From NCBI GenBank assembly GCA_002269645.1, contig NIVC01001493.1:215053-279052 (forward strand): a stretch of 64,000 bases of DNA, read 5' to 3'. The notes below the pieces were generated by a model. It saw only the letters and a program-made list of their open reading frames with translations, was not told the DNA's origin and made no database searches. Shown here in pieces: positions 22,947 to 34,574 of the stretch. The position numbers were made by a program, and so were the translations under genes. Positions within the stretch are counted from its first letter, which is position 1. Each line of letters opens with the position of its first letter. Origin of the DNA: Macrostomum lignano. Taxonomy: Eukaryota.

Positions 22947-24389
22947 GACAAGTCATTGGACATTCATAGAATTTCCTACTTCTAGTTTGTCCAAGCCTTT
23001 ATTTAAGTATGAATTTGAACTTTTGATATTCATGTTTGTAAGAAAATTAATAATAATCATATCATAACAATTTTTATAAAATTGTATTCAAATTAAATTA
23101 AATACAAAAATAATATAGATTCACAAAAGATATTACAAAAAACAATTAATAATTACTAATCAATGGAATCTATGAATGGTACTAAGCTGCATACTTTCAT
23201 TTCTTTCTTTTGTGCTGATTGCATTAAGTGCATTGGAGAAATGGCCAATTTGTACTAGAAAAGTTAATGAAACCTACTACTTTTCTGACTATAAGGGATG
23301 ATCAAAAAGTTCTGCAACCTACTCTTCTATAGTCATTTTGGCTATACCAAATGAATAAAATTCTATACATAGCTGGCTAATTTTGTTATTAATTTAAGTG
23401 TGGAAATTTGTTAAAATTAAATATTAGTTATATGGCTGGATTCCAACCATTTATATTTTTTGCTTCTGCATAGAACCTTTCAAAGACCATATTTGCTTCT
23501 TTATCTATATGTATATACAGCTAAGTCAAAGAGCTATAGACATCCACCAATTAATTTGGCTTTAGTTTTTCTTGAATTTGTACCATATTTTGATACTAAA
23601 GCATGTTGGTTTGATAGTCAATTGAGTATCTGAGATAAACCCAGCCTAGGCAACCTTGGATATCTATGACTAAGGGGTTAGTAACCTATGCAGAAGCCAT
23701 TGTGCATGAGGATTAAAGAATTATACTGAGATTCATCGCTTATAAGCTTAGAATGAGCTATGGTAGCACTCACAACATTAAATATGCATAAAAAGCTAAT
23801 GCACTATAGTAAGACTTATGCATATTGGTTGTTACATTTGCTTATAGTAGAGCAATGAGCTAAGCATATAGGCCTAAGCATATGCTGACTATGGCAATAG
23901 ATATTTAAACCTAATAGCCCTAGAAGGTTGTCTGATATTGTAATAGACAACAAATAATAGATTCCTTTTTTAGAATAAAGAAAAGCAGTCCAACATAGTC
24001 TAGTTGACCAAAAAAGGCTAGGCTTAAAGTTTTAAAGAGCCAATGAACTGTGAAGGGCTAATGCACACTAGAAAAATCTGGCATATAGGATACCTTCTAG
24101 ACCCAAGAAGATAGAAAATAGAAAGAAAAATACTTTGTCAAAGAGAAAAAAGAACTTTTTTTAAATATTCATTTGGCTTTTCTTGAGATGATAACAAACT
24201 AAATAATCTTTCATAGAAATGCACATTTAAAAAACTATAATGTGCTATCTATAAAACTAGGTGTTTTTATATTTTAAAATTTAAAATAAGTTATAATATA
24301 AGTCATTATAAAATAGAAAGCCAATATAATAAACTATTTGTTTCAATTCTTAAAAAGGCATAACTAATCTTTTATTTTAGATATAGTCC

Positions 24390-24662
24390 CATACATGCAC
24401 AACCTCCAAAATTTGGTCGGCCGTGTGACTTAGTTTTAACAAAAATGCGACATAGTTTTTGGCCGAAAATGTGACTTACATGTAAAATGCAATGAATGCA
24501 ACTTTGGGTAAACGGCAGGAGTAACTATGACTGTCTTATAAAGCCAAAATGCCTCGTCAGCTACTTAGTACTACTACTTGGTGTTTTTCTGGTGGGCATT
24601 TTGTGACTTCCATAGTTGGCTGCCAAATTGGCCAGCCAGATCAGCCGACTTGGTGACTGTTG
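24390..24662 (+). mobile_element. hAT-type MITE with a 28S rRNA-derived core, right end decayed
   Basis: TIR CATACATGCACAAC at 24390. The 28S-like segment GGGTAAACGGCAGGAGTAACTATGACTGTCTTATAAAGCCAAAATGCCTCGTCAGCTACTTAGT is at 24506-24569. Confidence 0.85.
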
Positions 24663-24899
24663 GCCCTGGTCTAGTTTCAAGATGTGATTTTTGAACCTAA
24701 GATACCATAGTTTGGAAGTAGTGGATTTTGGGTTGGCTTTGGCAGACATATAGACATAAATAATTGAATACACTTATATATTAATACGAGGCCAACTCCT
24801 CTTTTGGAGAAGAAAGGGGAAGAACTCCCATCACCGGAATTCCATTCCCTGAACTCCATCAGCCTAATCCCATTTTCCAACAGCTCTCCGCGCAATAGA

Positions 24900-25075
24900 A
24901 ATCATCTCTGTGAAACTGAACACCATCAAAATTGTCTCCGTGAAACTGAACACCATCAAAATTGTCTTAGTAAAACTGAACACCATTGAAATCGTCTCTG
25001 TGAAACCAAACACCATCAAAATCCTCTCTGCAAAATAGAAATCCTCTCCATGAAACTGGACTCAATCAAAATTTC
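24900..25075. repeat. ~30-bp minisatellite (GTGAAACTGAACACCATCAAAATTGTCTCC)
   Basis: About 5 degenerate copies. Confidence 0.75.
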
Positions 25076-26373
25076 TCCGTCAAACAGAACTCAGCTCTTA
25101 GAATTCATTCTATACACAGCTGCGTGTTGAAAGGGGCTAGTAAAAAAAGCATTTTTTTCTCATTCAGTCAATATCATGGTCTCAGTTAGAGTTAACAAAA
25201 AGATTGTGCAATCTAATTCAACCCTCCAATACACAGCGACTGATCCCCTTCCAATATGCAGTGGCAATTAAAGAGAAATATTTATTTATTTTTAGCTCAT
25301 AGCATCCAAGCTACAATAAGTTGAAGTTTAGTCTATGGCCATAGACATATTGAGCTCTCACTGCGGAAAAATACACTAATTAGATAGGGAAAATACAGTT
25401 TTTTGAATATTTAATCCCTTTAGCAATGAGCTAGAGCTCATTAAAATAGCCTAAAGCCTGCTCTGGAAAATTTGCAGTTTTCCCATATAAGTTTCGACGC
25501 TGACTTGGCAGTATTGTAGGAGTTCACTTGCTACATATATACAGACAGACAAACAAACATCGCACCACTTTTAGTATTAGGAGAGAAGAGATAAGGATAA
25601 GGATCAATCAACATTGCTATGCTAATAATATATATTTATGTAATGTTAGGCCTAGGAATTTATTCTTTTGTTTGTTAGAAAGTTGTTAGGGCCTATTATT
25701 GTTAAAACACTTGCTAAAATAAAAATATTGAATAAGGCCTTACTTATTATAATAAAACATGGAATATTTGATAATATATAAGCCTAAAACATCATTCTTA
25801 TGTTTTTATCCTGATTTTTTGCAACCTTTCTACTTGTCTCTATTTTCAAAACATAGGCCTACTTTATCTTCATTCCACTGTCTAATTTTAAATGTCAACT
25901 TTATTTTGTTGCATTTATGAATTCTTTGGCATTAGCCTCTAAAACATGATAGCACTTTTATAAGGTGTTGTGCTGCCACAATGCAAAGGCCTAATCAAAA
26001 GGAATTAAGGAAACTCTTTGTAAAGAGGACAGTTCAAGCATAGGAACATCAATATATCAAGAGTCTTGATCCATAGTCAATAGTTCTTAGGAGACTTTAG
26101 TCCAGTAAAAAGCAAAAAGCCTTGCTTCACAGTGGCATTCTCTGCAGTGAATGTCAGCACTACCTTAGCTAAACAGGATAGAAGTGGCCAGTGACTGGAT
26201 CAGCATGCAGCCATGATCAGAAGTTTCCACCAGCCAGCTTGATGTCTCTGGCTTGCAGTTGACCACTCAGAGCCACTTCTGGCTCTACAGGATCTCTATA
26301 TGCTGCTTGAGAAAATATCTTGGGCCTGGGCGTAAGCTCACAGTTTAGCTTTAGAATGGTCGCTACCATAGGG

Positions 26374-26556
26374 CCTACATGCGCAACCCCCTGATTTGTG
26401 ATTTACAGTGGGTAGGTACACCGTGCGATCCATGCGACTCACTTTTTGATAGGTAGGGGCCTACGGTTTCCCTACCTATATAAAAAAGCAAAAATTAACG
26501 TAATTGTGGGTAAACGGCGGGAGTAACTATGACTGTATTGTAAAGGCTAAATGCCT
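26374..26556 (+). mobile_element. Truncated divergent member of the rRNA-core MITE family
   Basis: TIR-like CCTACATGCGCAAC at 26374, then an exact 27-nt 28S match GGGTAAACGGCGGGAGTAACTATGACT at 26508-26534, then AAATGCCT. The right end was not found. Confidence 0.75.
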
Positions 26557-27037
26557 TTACACTCAGCAGATCTCGGTTTATCTTAAGTTCTCCGTAGCGG
26601 CTACATTTCTGCATTCGGCATTCCGAATCTGAAATACGGCATTTAACTAGACCGCTCAGCCACGATCACATCACAGCTACCCTCCCCTGAGCCTGAGGAA
26701 CTCAGCAGACGGAGCTCCCCCTTATTTCGCACCCCGAGTTCGTTCGAGTTTGTTTAAATCGCAAAACCGAACAGCCAAACCCGAAGTCTCCGAGCCGCCA
26801 CCCCAAGAAATTTTATCTCAAACCACCCCGGTCGTTCTCAAAATCATCGAATCATTCCACTTTTGAATTGTTTTTTAGGTCTTAGAATATTTTAACAAAA
26901 AAGTGCAACAAATTTTATAGTTTTAAGCGTTTTAAGCAGAAAATACAGATATCATTTAAATCATAAAAAAATTTGTATTATTTAGACTGTTTAGTATGGG
27001 GTTGATCCGGTAAGATTAAATAGGATTACCCCTCAGC

Positions 27038-30000
27038 GGGTGATTCTCATCGAGAGGTTTCGGAGGTTTTGAGGTTTTTCAGAGGTTTCATTTCGAACAA
27101 ATATTTTTGCACAAAATTTTTAATACCGTACAAAAATTGAAATCTTACTGAAATTTACTAATGAATACAAATTTTCTTTAGAAAATAGCTCGGAGGTTTT
27201 GGATTCTTTTTAATTTTGCTTCTGATAGGCACGCGCGGAAATTATTTAACTGTTTTTATGCGAAGTGGTAGGGTCCTTCTGACACATTTTATGCCATGCC
27301 ATTTTCATTGCTTCCTTTTCATTTCACAAGCGCAAAGTTGCGAATAGTCACAAGTGTGTGTTGTTCTATTTCAATGCATATTCGTAACTATCCTAATTTC
27401 TACTTGACCTGTCCATGTAATTAAAAACAGACACTATTTACCAATACGAATTTTAGATTGTTTTTGACTTGGTCAAAAAAGCTATCATTTTTTAAGCCAG
27501 ACTAACTAAATTAAGACTAACAAGACCAAGTCAGTATTTTTTTCATCAAGTCAGTATCAGTCGCTATTTAATATAGATTGTTAGTCTAACTAACTAAAGG
27601 CCCTAAGTATTTTACTAGGCATCTATAATGTAAAATATAATTATTTTTTCACTTATTTGATATTCTTTTTTATTTTACATCCATTATACTAAAACTTTTA
27701 TTTTTCTATTTTCTATTATTTACTATTTTTACATCATCATCCTAAATCCTAACACACAATGCACATAAGATAAAAATTTATTACCTAAGCCAAGCCTCTA
27801 ATACTAGTGAATAATTCTCTTCACAAAGCTTTAAAAATGGCAATTTTTTATTTTACTGCTTTACCTCTACCTATAAAATTGAAAGCTCTAATGATCTGAA
27901 ATTTTTATACTTTTAATTTTAAATAGGCCTATAATTTGTTAATAGCTTTATATTCAGTCATAATTTAAGCTGATATAGTCGAGTACAATTTCTATTCCCT
28001 GAAGATGACTGCTTGTGTCGAAACGCGTTGGCTATTATAATAATTTATTATATGTTGGTGTTGGCCTTCATTTCTCTATTATTTTTTAAACGAGCATCAC
28101 TACCAGCCCATTTCTATTACTCTTTTACATTAGTAACTTGCTTTAGTTTTTGTCTTTTTATGCAAATATTCAAAGTAAATAGTAGCTTGTACTTATGTAT
28201 GCCTAGTCATCACATTTTTATTCAATTTTTAATTTACTTTATAAGTAAATTGTTTTAATATTAAACAAATATACTCTCTTATCATCCACAGTAGTTATCA
28301 TGCCAATGAAATGCATGGTGCCAACCATGTTGGGGAGAAGGCTCTAAATCTTTAGATTTTCTTATGATGTTAAGTACTTACACTAGACCCATATACTAAA
28401 ATAATATCATTAGTCTAAAATCTTCTAGTCTAAAGTCTAAAATCAAATATCTTAGTCTAAAATAAGACTAACATTGTATTTCTCAATCATGCCATCTTTC
28501 CTGAACCCATCAAACTATGGAAATTTGTACAAAGCAATGGCCTACTAAAATACCATTGCTCATGATGATATGCTTCTAGAAGTCGCAGCGCAGTTGGCGC
28601 GATATGCTTTCGGCACGGCTCGACTTCAGCGTTTTTGCTCATCATTGCATCACTCGAGTCCCATTGTCCCATTTTTGGGCTTCCAGCATAAAAAATCAAC
28701 TGTTTCGATAGTCTCAATTGGAGGCCATGAAAGGCAATGTCAGACATGCTGGTGCCAATCTTGGAGAGGAATTTGCAGCCCACCTGATTGCCCTGTGGGA
28801 ATTGTGCCAAGGGAACTCACACCAATCATTTTTGTCCAGCAGCAGCAGCCGAGTGTTACTGATCCAAATGGAACTCACTACAACTGACATAATGCGACTG
28901 CCCGATTGCACTTTGCTGGCAGTAGCGGAAACCACGCACTGGAGAAGCATCGCCTATGTTCCTCACCCTACAATATTGAGGTCTCGATCACGTCGGTGGT
29001 CTTGACGATGTAGGATACAGGCTCAGAATGCAGGCAGGAGACCAGGCAAGCGGTAGTTCAGGCATGGTATTGGCAGCTGAAACAAAGCATGTTGAAATAA
29101 AAGGTATTGATTACTTTCATCTATAACTTTTTATAAACAATCAATTTTAAAAGTCAATATGATTTGACATAATGATTTTCCTATACATTTATTCTTGCAA
29201 TCTTTAAAGATGCCAATACATTTATATTGAAGAAATTATATTATTTTAAAATAAACAATGCCAAAAATGTGTCCAATGACTTTTTAGTTTTAACTCTAGT
29301 AAATATATTGGTATCAGCTATCTAGTTTATTGCTCAACATAGATTTTTAGCATCAAACAAAGGTGGTGCAATACATGTGCAAAGTCTTACTGTAAGCATT
29401 TTGTTTGTATAAGAACTAACTCAAACATGTTAGAGCTTTTGTCAGCAGTAACAGTTGTGCAACTAGTGTTATTTATGAGAGAAAAGCTAATAGCTTTCAG
29501 TGATTGAAATTAATTTTATGATTAAAAGTAAAATGTTCGGCTTTAAGTAATTAAAAGTAAAATGCATACTTGTAATTCCAGGCCCTTAGATATTTATAAA
29601 AAAAAACATTGAGACAACAATAATTCTGCTATTTACTTCTGTGAGGTAGTATGTCTTAACATAACATAACATCACATCAATGTCATAACATAATTCGAAT
29701 GCAAAATGGTATGCAGCAGCAGCAGCACTCAAAAGTAAAAACGGGAAACGGATGAAACAGCTGTCTATATGTTTTCAGTATATTTCAAGCAGCGCCTTCA
29801 AGTCGAATATTTTTTATTTTATTTATGCACCTTGAATGTAAATGCCAATGGCAACGATGACATTACCAGTGTGTTGTGTTGCGTAGTGTTTAAAAAACCA
29901 CTTTCAAGCATGAAAATAGTTGCCTAAGTTAAATAATTTCCGCGCGTGCCTATTAAAAGCAAAACTAAAAAGAATCCAAAACCTCCAAGCTATTTTCTAA

Positions 30001-30140
30001 AGAAAATTTGTATTCATTAGTAAATTTCAGTAAGATTTCAATTTTTTTACAGTATTAAAGTTTTTGTGCAAAAATATTTGTTCGAAATGAAACCTCTGAA
30101 AAACCTCAAAACCTCCGAAACCTCTCGATGAGAATCACCC
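27038..30140. mobile_element. 3.1 kb non-autonomous long-TIR DNA transposon (Mutator/MULE-like)
   Basis: ~214-bp TIRs at 27038-27251 and 29927-30140 (GGGTGATTCTCATCGAGAGGTTTCGGAGG...), with a perfect 9-bp TSD CCCCTCAGC at 27029-27037 and 30141-30149. No transposase was recognised inside. Confidence 0.85.
27997..28031 (+). ncRNA. Minimal (Penelope-type) hammerhead ribozyme-like motif
   Basis: CC-CTGAAGA-T-GAC-TGCTTGT-GTC-GAAAC-GC-GTT-GG shows the conserved core, a 3-bp stem II and a palindromic short stem III (AACGCGTT). Stem I has only 2 bp. Confidence 0.5.
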
Positions 30141-30149
30141 CCCCTCAGC

Positions 30150-30466
30150 CTTGTTTCCGTCAAGGATTTTCTCATTTATAAGATCAGCAATCGGCATCAC
30201 TTAATTCAGTCCAAGTTCTTTTTCCGACTTATTGTGTGCTTAATCAGTTCCCGTCCGAAACCCATCAGACCCCTGAGTCTGATCTGAGACTACTGCACCA
30301 CCCTCTCAGCCATTCCTCATTGAGCCCAGAAGGATCTGCTGACAAGTTATTTTTTGGAATCTTAATCAAATCTGCACGGAGTCACTCGACCTGTTTAATT
30401 TCGTTCGAACGCGGACCCTAGCTCACCTCACCGAAGACGTCCCCAAGGGCCAGTGGCAGCACTATA
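30150..30466 (+). mobile_element. 3' half of a second LTR-like copy related to 21528-22431, interrupted by the long-TIR element
   Basis: It shares CTTGTTTCCGTCAAGGA, GCTCACCTCACCGAAG and GTGGCAGCACTA with the first copy. Removing the 27038-30140 insertion restores AAATAGGATTACCCCTCAGCCTTGTTTCCGTCAAGGA, versus AAATAGGAGCCCTCTCCCCCTTGTTTCCGTCAAGGA in the first copy. Confidence 0.65.
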
Positions 30467-31840
30467 TCGAGCTACATTACTATTGAAAGCTACTATTAAA
30501 GAGCTTTAATTAATTAATAATTGTATGACGTGCTTAGCCGTGCTAGGACCTAGGCTGCTCGCCACACGATCAAGCTAGATCATGGGGATGACCATCTGAC
30601 AGGAGTGGGGGGCCGGCCAAGACTCACTGATTTATTTGTTAGACCTGAGGCCCGAAGGCTTCCCCACAAGGGGGTCGAAACCCATCAATATGGACTACCT
30701 AAAGAGAGTCATTTCGTCATCCACCAATCATATTACTCGTAGTTCCAACTTCAAGTGAATTAATGTGACAATCAAACATATTTATTACTTGGAATCCTAT
30801 GATCCCAGTCATTTTGTCATCTCGATTGATAAAACCTGTCGATCGATCGGTTCTGCTCAGCTTGCCGCAGCTTATAGAGTTTACACTAACTTGAATCCCA
30901 TCCCATACAGATTGATTGGTTGATGACGAAGTATCCAGCATAACTAAATATTTGGTCACTTTGCCATATTATTTTTCAAGCTACTTTGCTTCTAGTCACT
31001 TTGTGCGGACAGCAAATGGGGCTGCTTTACTTGCCATTGAAACTGCAACTGTCAGAAGCAAGTGTATTTTTAAGTCATTAAACTTAGGTAGTCAAATTAG
31101 CATTTAGGTGTATTACAAGCTACAATATTAATTTGTTTTTATGTATATTTTCTGTGAAATCGATTACCAAAATTTAAATGTGTTGAAATCAATAACTTAA
31201 AATATAGTCGTCTGCTTCTTCTTATAAAAAACTTCTAAAAAGGACTAAAATCTATATATAGCTATATATTAATTATTGTCGATCATTATACTCTTTTATG
31301 TAGCTAGTTATTAAAAATCTAAAAAAAACTTGACATTCAATAAATTTTTATCTGTCAAAAAATGTCATTAGCCATAGCCAATAGCCATGTACACATATGT
31401 AAAGATTTCTTCTGCTACATTTGAGTTTGTAACTTTTGTTTCCATTGATTTTAAATATATTAAAGTTAATATGAAAGAGAGTTGACACTTAATTGGTGCA
31501 AAATAATGTTATCTGGATCATTAGAATAAGAGATAGGGCCTAACTATATTTATTCACTTATATTGTGCTAGGGGTAACTTCTGTCCTTACAAATGATTCC
31601 CTAGCTGTCACTAAAGTTGTCAAAGGGCTAAACTCCTGTTTTTATAAATGTTGGTAGCTGCCACCAGGATTATCCTATTAATAAATTATTAGTTTATCAA
31701 TCTTAGAATAATCCGAGAAATGTTTCTTAGAATTGATCTGAGTATATATCTTAGTATTTAGTCTGAGTATTATCTGATTCCGGTAGCATTTACTGTATTT
31801 TTGGCCTGAGTGGTCTATTGGCTATACTGGTATATGTATT

Positions 31841-32137
31841 CATACATGCGCAACAGTCGGCCGAGTCGGCCGATCCGGCCGACCGATTTGGCGACCAACC
31901 AAGGAAGTCGCAAAAATGCCCACTCAAAAAACACCCTAGTAGTAGTACTAAGTAGCTGACGAAGCATTTTGGCTTAATAAGAGAGTCATAGTTACTCCTG
32001 CCGTTTACCCAAACTTGCGTTAATTTTGCTTTACGGTTTTTTTACATGCAAGTCGCATTTTTGGCCAAAAACTACGTCGCATTTTTGTTAAAACTAAGTC
32101 GCACGGCCGACCGAATTTTGGAGGTTGCGCATGTATG
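31841..32137 (-). mobile_element. Intact 297-bp hAT-type MITE with a 28S rRNA-derived core
   Basis: Perfect 14-bp TIRs CATACATGCGCAAC / GTTGCGCATGTATG and an 8-bp TSD TATGTATT (31833-31840, 32138-32145). The 28S-like segment is at 31947-32010 on the minus strand. Confidence 0.92.
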
Positions 32138-32620
32138 TATGTATTCCATGTACTTTGCAAGTCCTTGGGTGTTACCGAGATCAGAGGGTCATAGCCTCCA
32201 CTTATTCTTACATATATCACTTCAGATCTGCTTTGTATTCTCTCACTACTTAATACTGCTGCTTCTCAATAGTATGTACTGTATACACTTTAGTCTATTT
32301 CACTCTTATTTTGTAAAAGGAATTAACACAGAAAACACTTCTTCAATTCTTATTTTCTTGGAACTCTTACTATTCGCTATCAATTACTTATTGCGGAACT
32401 GCAATGCGCGAGGTTGTCTTCTCATTTGCTGAAATTGCTTCTATTTATACTAAAATTTGCTACAGTTTTAAATAAAAATTCATTAGTGCAAAATATTATA
32501 GAAAATATGAGTATTAAAACAAAATACATTTCTTAGTTTTGGCATGAATTCAAATTGACTAAATGGTGACTATTTTATAAAGAAATTGGCAGGGGCCCTG
32601 CACAATATTTATAGTAACTA

Positions 32621-33223
32621 GTTGTTTCGCCCATAAACCGTTTTGGCCATGGACATTTTGCCCCCAGATCATTTCGCCCATAGACCATTTTGGTCATGGA
32701 CTGTTTCGCCTCCAATTCGGACCAGGGTTGAAATGAACAAAGTCATGAGCTGAGAGTATGCGAGATGAGACAAAAGTACCAAAGAGCACTGACAACCAAC
32801 AATACAATTTATTATTGCTTCTTCCTTGCTTCTGTTGCATAACCAAAGCCAAAGATTGAAATGACTTACATGTACAGCAGTTTTTTACTTTACTTTACCC
32901 TTTCTCACCCTCTGTACAAATTGGCTATAATTATCACACTTTTAAAAGGAATGATTTTAAAAAACTCGTAATAATTCATAATCGTAATAAACAAAATTAC
33001 GATAATGCAATAACACAATTGTTGTGGCAACAATTCAGATCATATTTTATTACAAATTAAAACTAAAAATAAGCTTTGAAAAAAAATAACAATGTATGTA
33101 TGGCTACCATTGTGGCCAAAATGCCAATTGTCGAACTGGTCTATGTATATGCAAAACTGACAATGGGCAAAATGGTCTGGGGGCAAAATGTCCATGACCA
33201 AAACGGTTTGGGGGTGAAACAAC
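32621..33223. mobile_element. MITE-like element with ~60-bp modular TIRs (GTTGTTTCGCCC...CATTTTGCCCC)
   Basis: 32621-32680 is an imperfect reverse complement of 33163-33223. No TSD was seen. Confidence 0.6.
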
Positions 33224-34574
33224 CGGAATTCATATTTATTCCTTAGGCTTAAAGGTCTAAAACATACATTTTACATACATTGGTTAGGGAAAATAGACAA
33301 GGGGGATTTGATTTGAATACTTGCAATACACTTAACCAAGATAGTCACAACTGTTTATTGCAGCTTTTTGGTTTGACAATTGTATACTTTTTTTATTGTT
33401 TGATATTTTTATATTTATATAAACATATTATTTTTATAAATAAATTTATATTATTTTTAGTTTTATATTTATTTGATAAGTATATTATATTTTTGATATT
33501 GTTTCTTGTTGTTGACAATAGAATTAATATAATATAAATCATATATACACAAAACCCAGCTAATCTGGTTAGGTAAAAAGGCTTCTAAGGCAAGTACATT
33601 TCAAAACAACTTATTATGCTACTTATGCTATTGCTATTTTTTTCTATTAGATTTTCATCTTGTTTAAAACCAAAGCTATCATTTTAATAATAAGTTATAT
33701 TTAAAGCTAAGTACTATAGGCATAGTCCAGGTCATGTTGAGTGCATGCCAGAATGCTCTGAGCGAATGCACGCCAGTGCCAAGCAACTGCGCATCAAACT
33801 AATATATTATACTTATACATAACTTTTTACATTTAAAAATGCATTTCAAAAAATAGTCTTCAATGCGTTTTAAAACTTTTGTAGCATGCAAATATACACT
33901 GTTTATTTTTGGTACATTAAAATTTGCTTGTCATTTTGTAATAAAAAATAAATATAAATTCTTGCCTTTACAAGACCATGTCTTTTTATGAATTTTTGTC
34001 TCAACAAAACATACCCCAGTATTACTCCAGGCCATATTCTAGGCTAGCTATTCCATGTCATAGTATGCTAGCATGTCACTTTTGGTATACAATACCTAAA
34101 TACATGCCAATATATGCCACAATTTTTAGGCCAAACAAAATACATGCCAGAATTTTCTAGTATGATATATGCTTTCTAGAATATAGGCTGAATGGATCAA
34201 TTGATTGATTGACTAGCTAGGTTAATACATATTTTATCCTAGATGGCTGGCAACTCAAATGCAAGACTTATATCAATATATATATAAATCACAGATACTA
34301 TAAACACTAGATAGGCCACTCCAGCTAATTTTCACAACACGACAGTTTACTCTACTTTCTGCTTAGTAGTAGTAAAAACATTTTAGCGTTATTTATATTT
34401 TTTTAAAATAAAAAAAACAGATGAATGCAATGCAGCAATTGTATTGATTTTTTGCAAAAAGAAACTTATAATTATACTTTCCACAATTCAAAGCAACATT
34501 GTGAATGCTTTAGATTGCATAGAAGGCTATATTATTGCAGTCTACTATTGTATATTTAGCAAATACGAGCTATA

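Noticed and set aside
23291-23320. Tc1/mariner-like TIR (ATAAGGGATGATCAAAAAGTTCTGCAACCT)
   Set aside because: No partner TIR or transposase remnant was identified.
24506-24569. 28S rRNA gene
   Set aside because: Only ~50-65 nt diverged fragments embedded in TIR elements are present, with no flanking rRNA sequence.
28487-28810. MULE transposase remnant (EPCRKHI resembles a CxxH motif)
   Set aside because: No DDE-region motifs could be recognised around it, so the support is too weak.
30641-30700. Hammerhead/PLE-like CCGAAGG...CCCC-ACAA-GGGG...CGAAAC
   Set aside because: The core deviates from CTGANGA, and the cleavage triplet and stem I do not pair.
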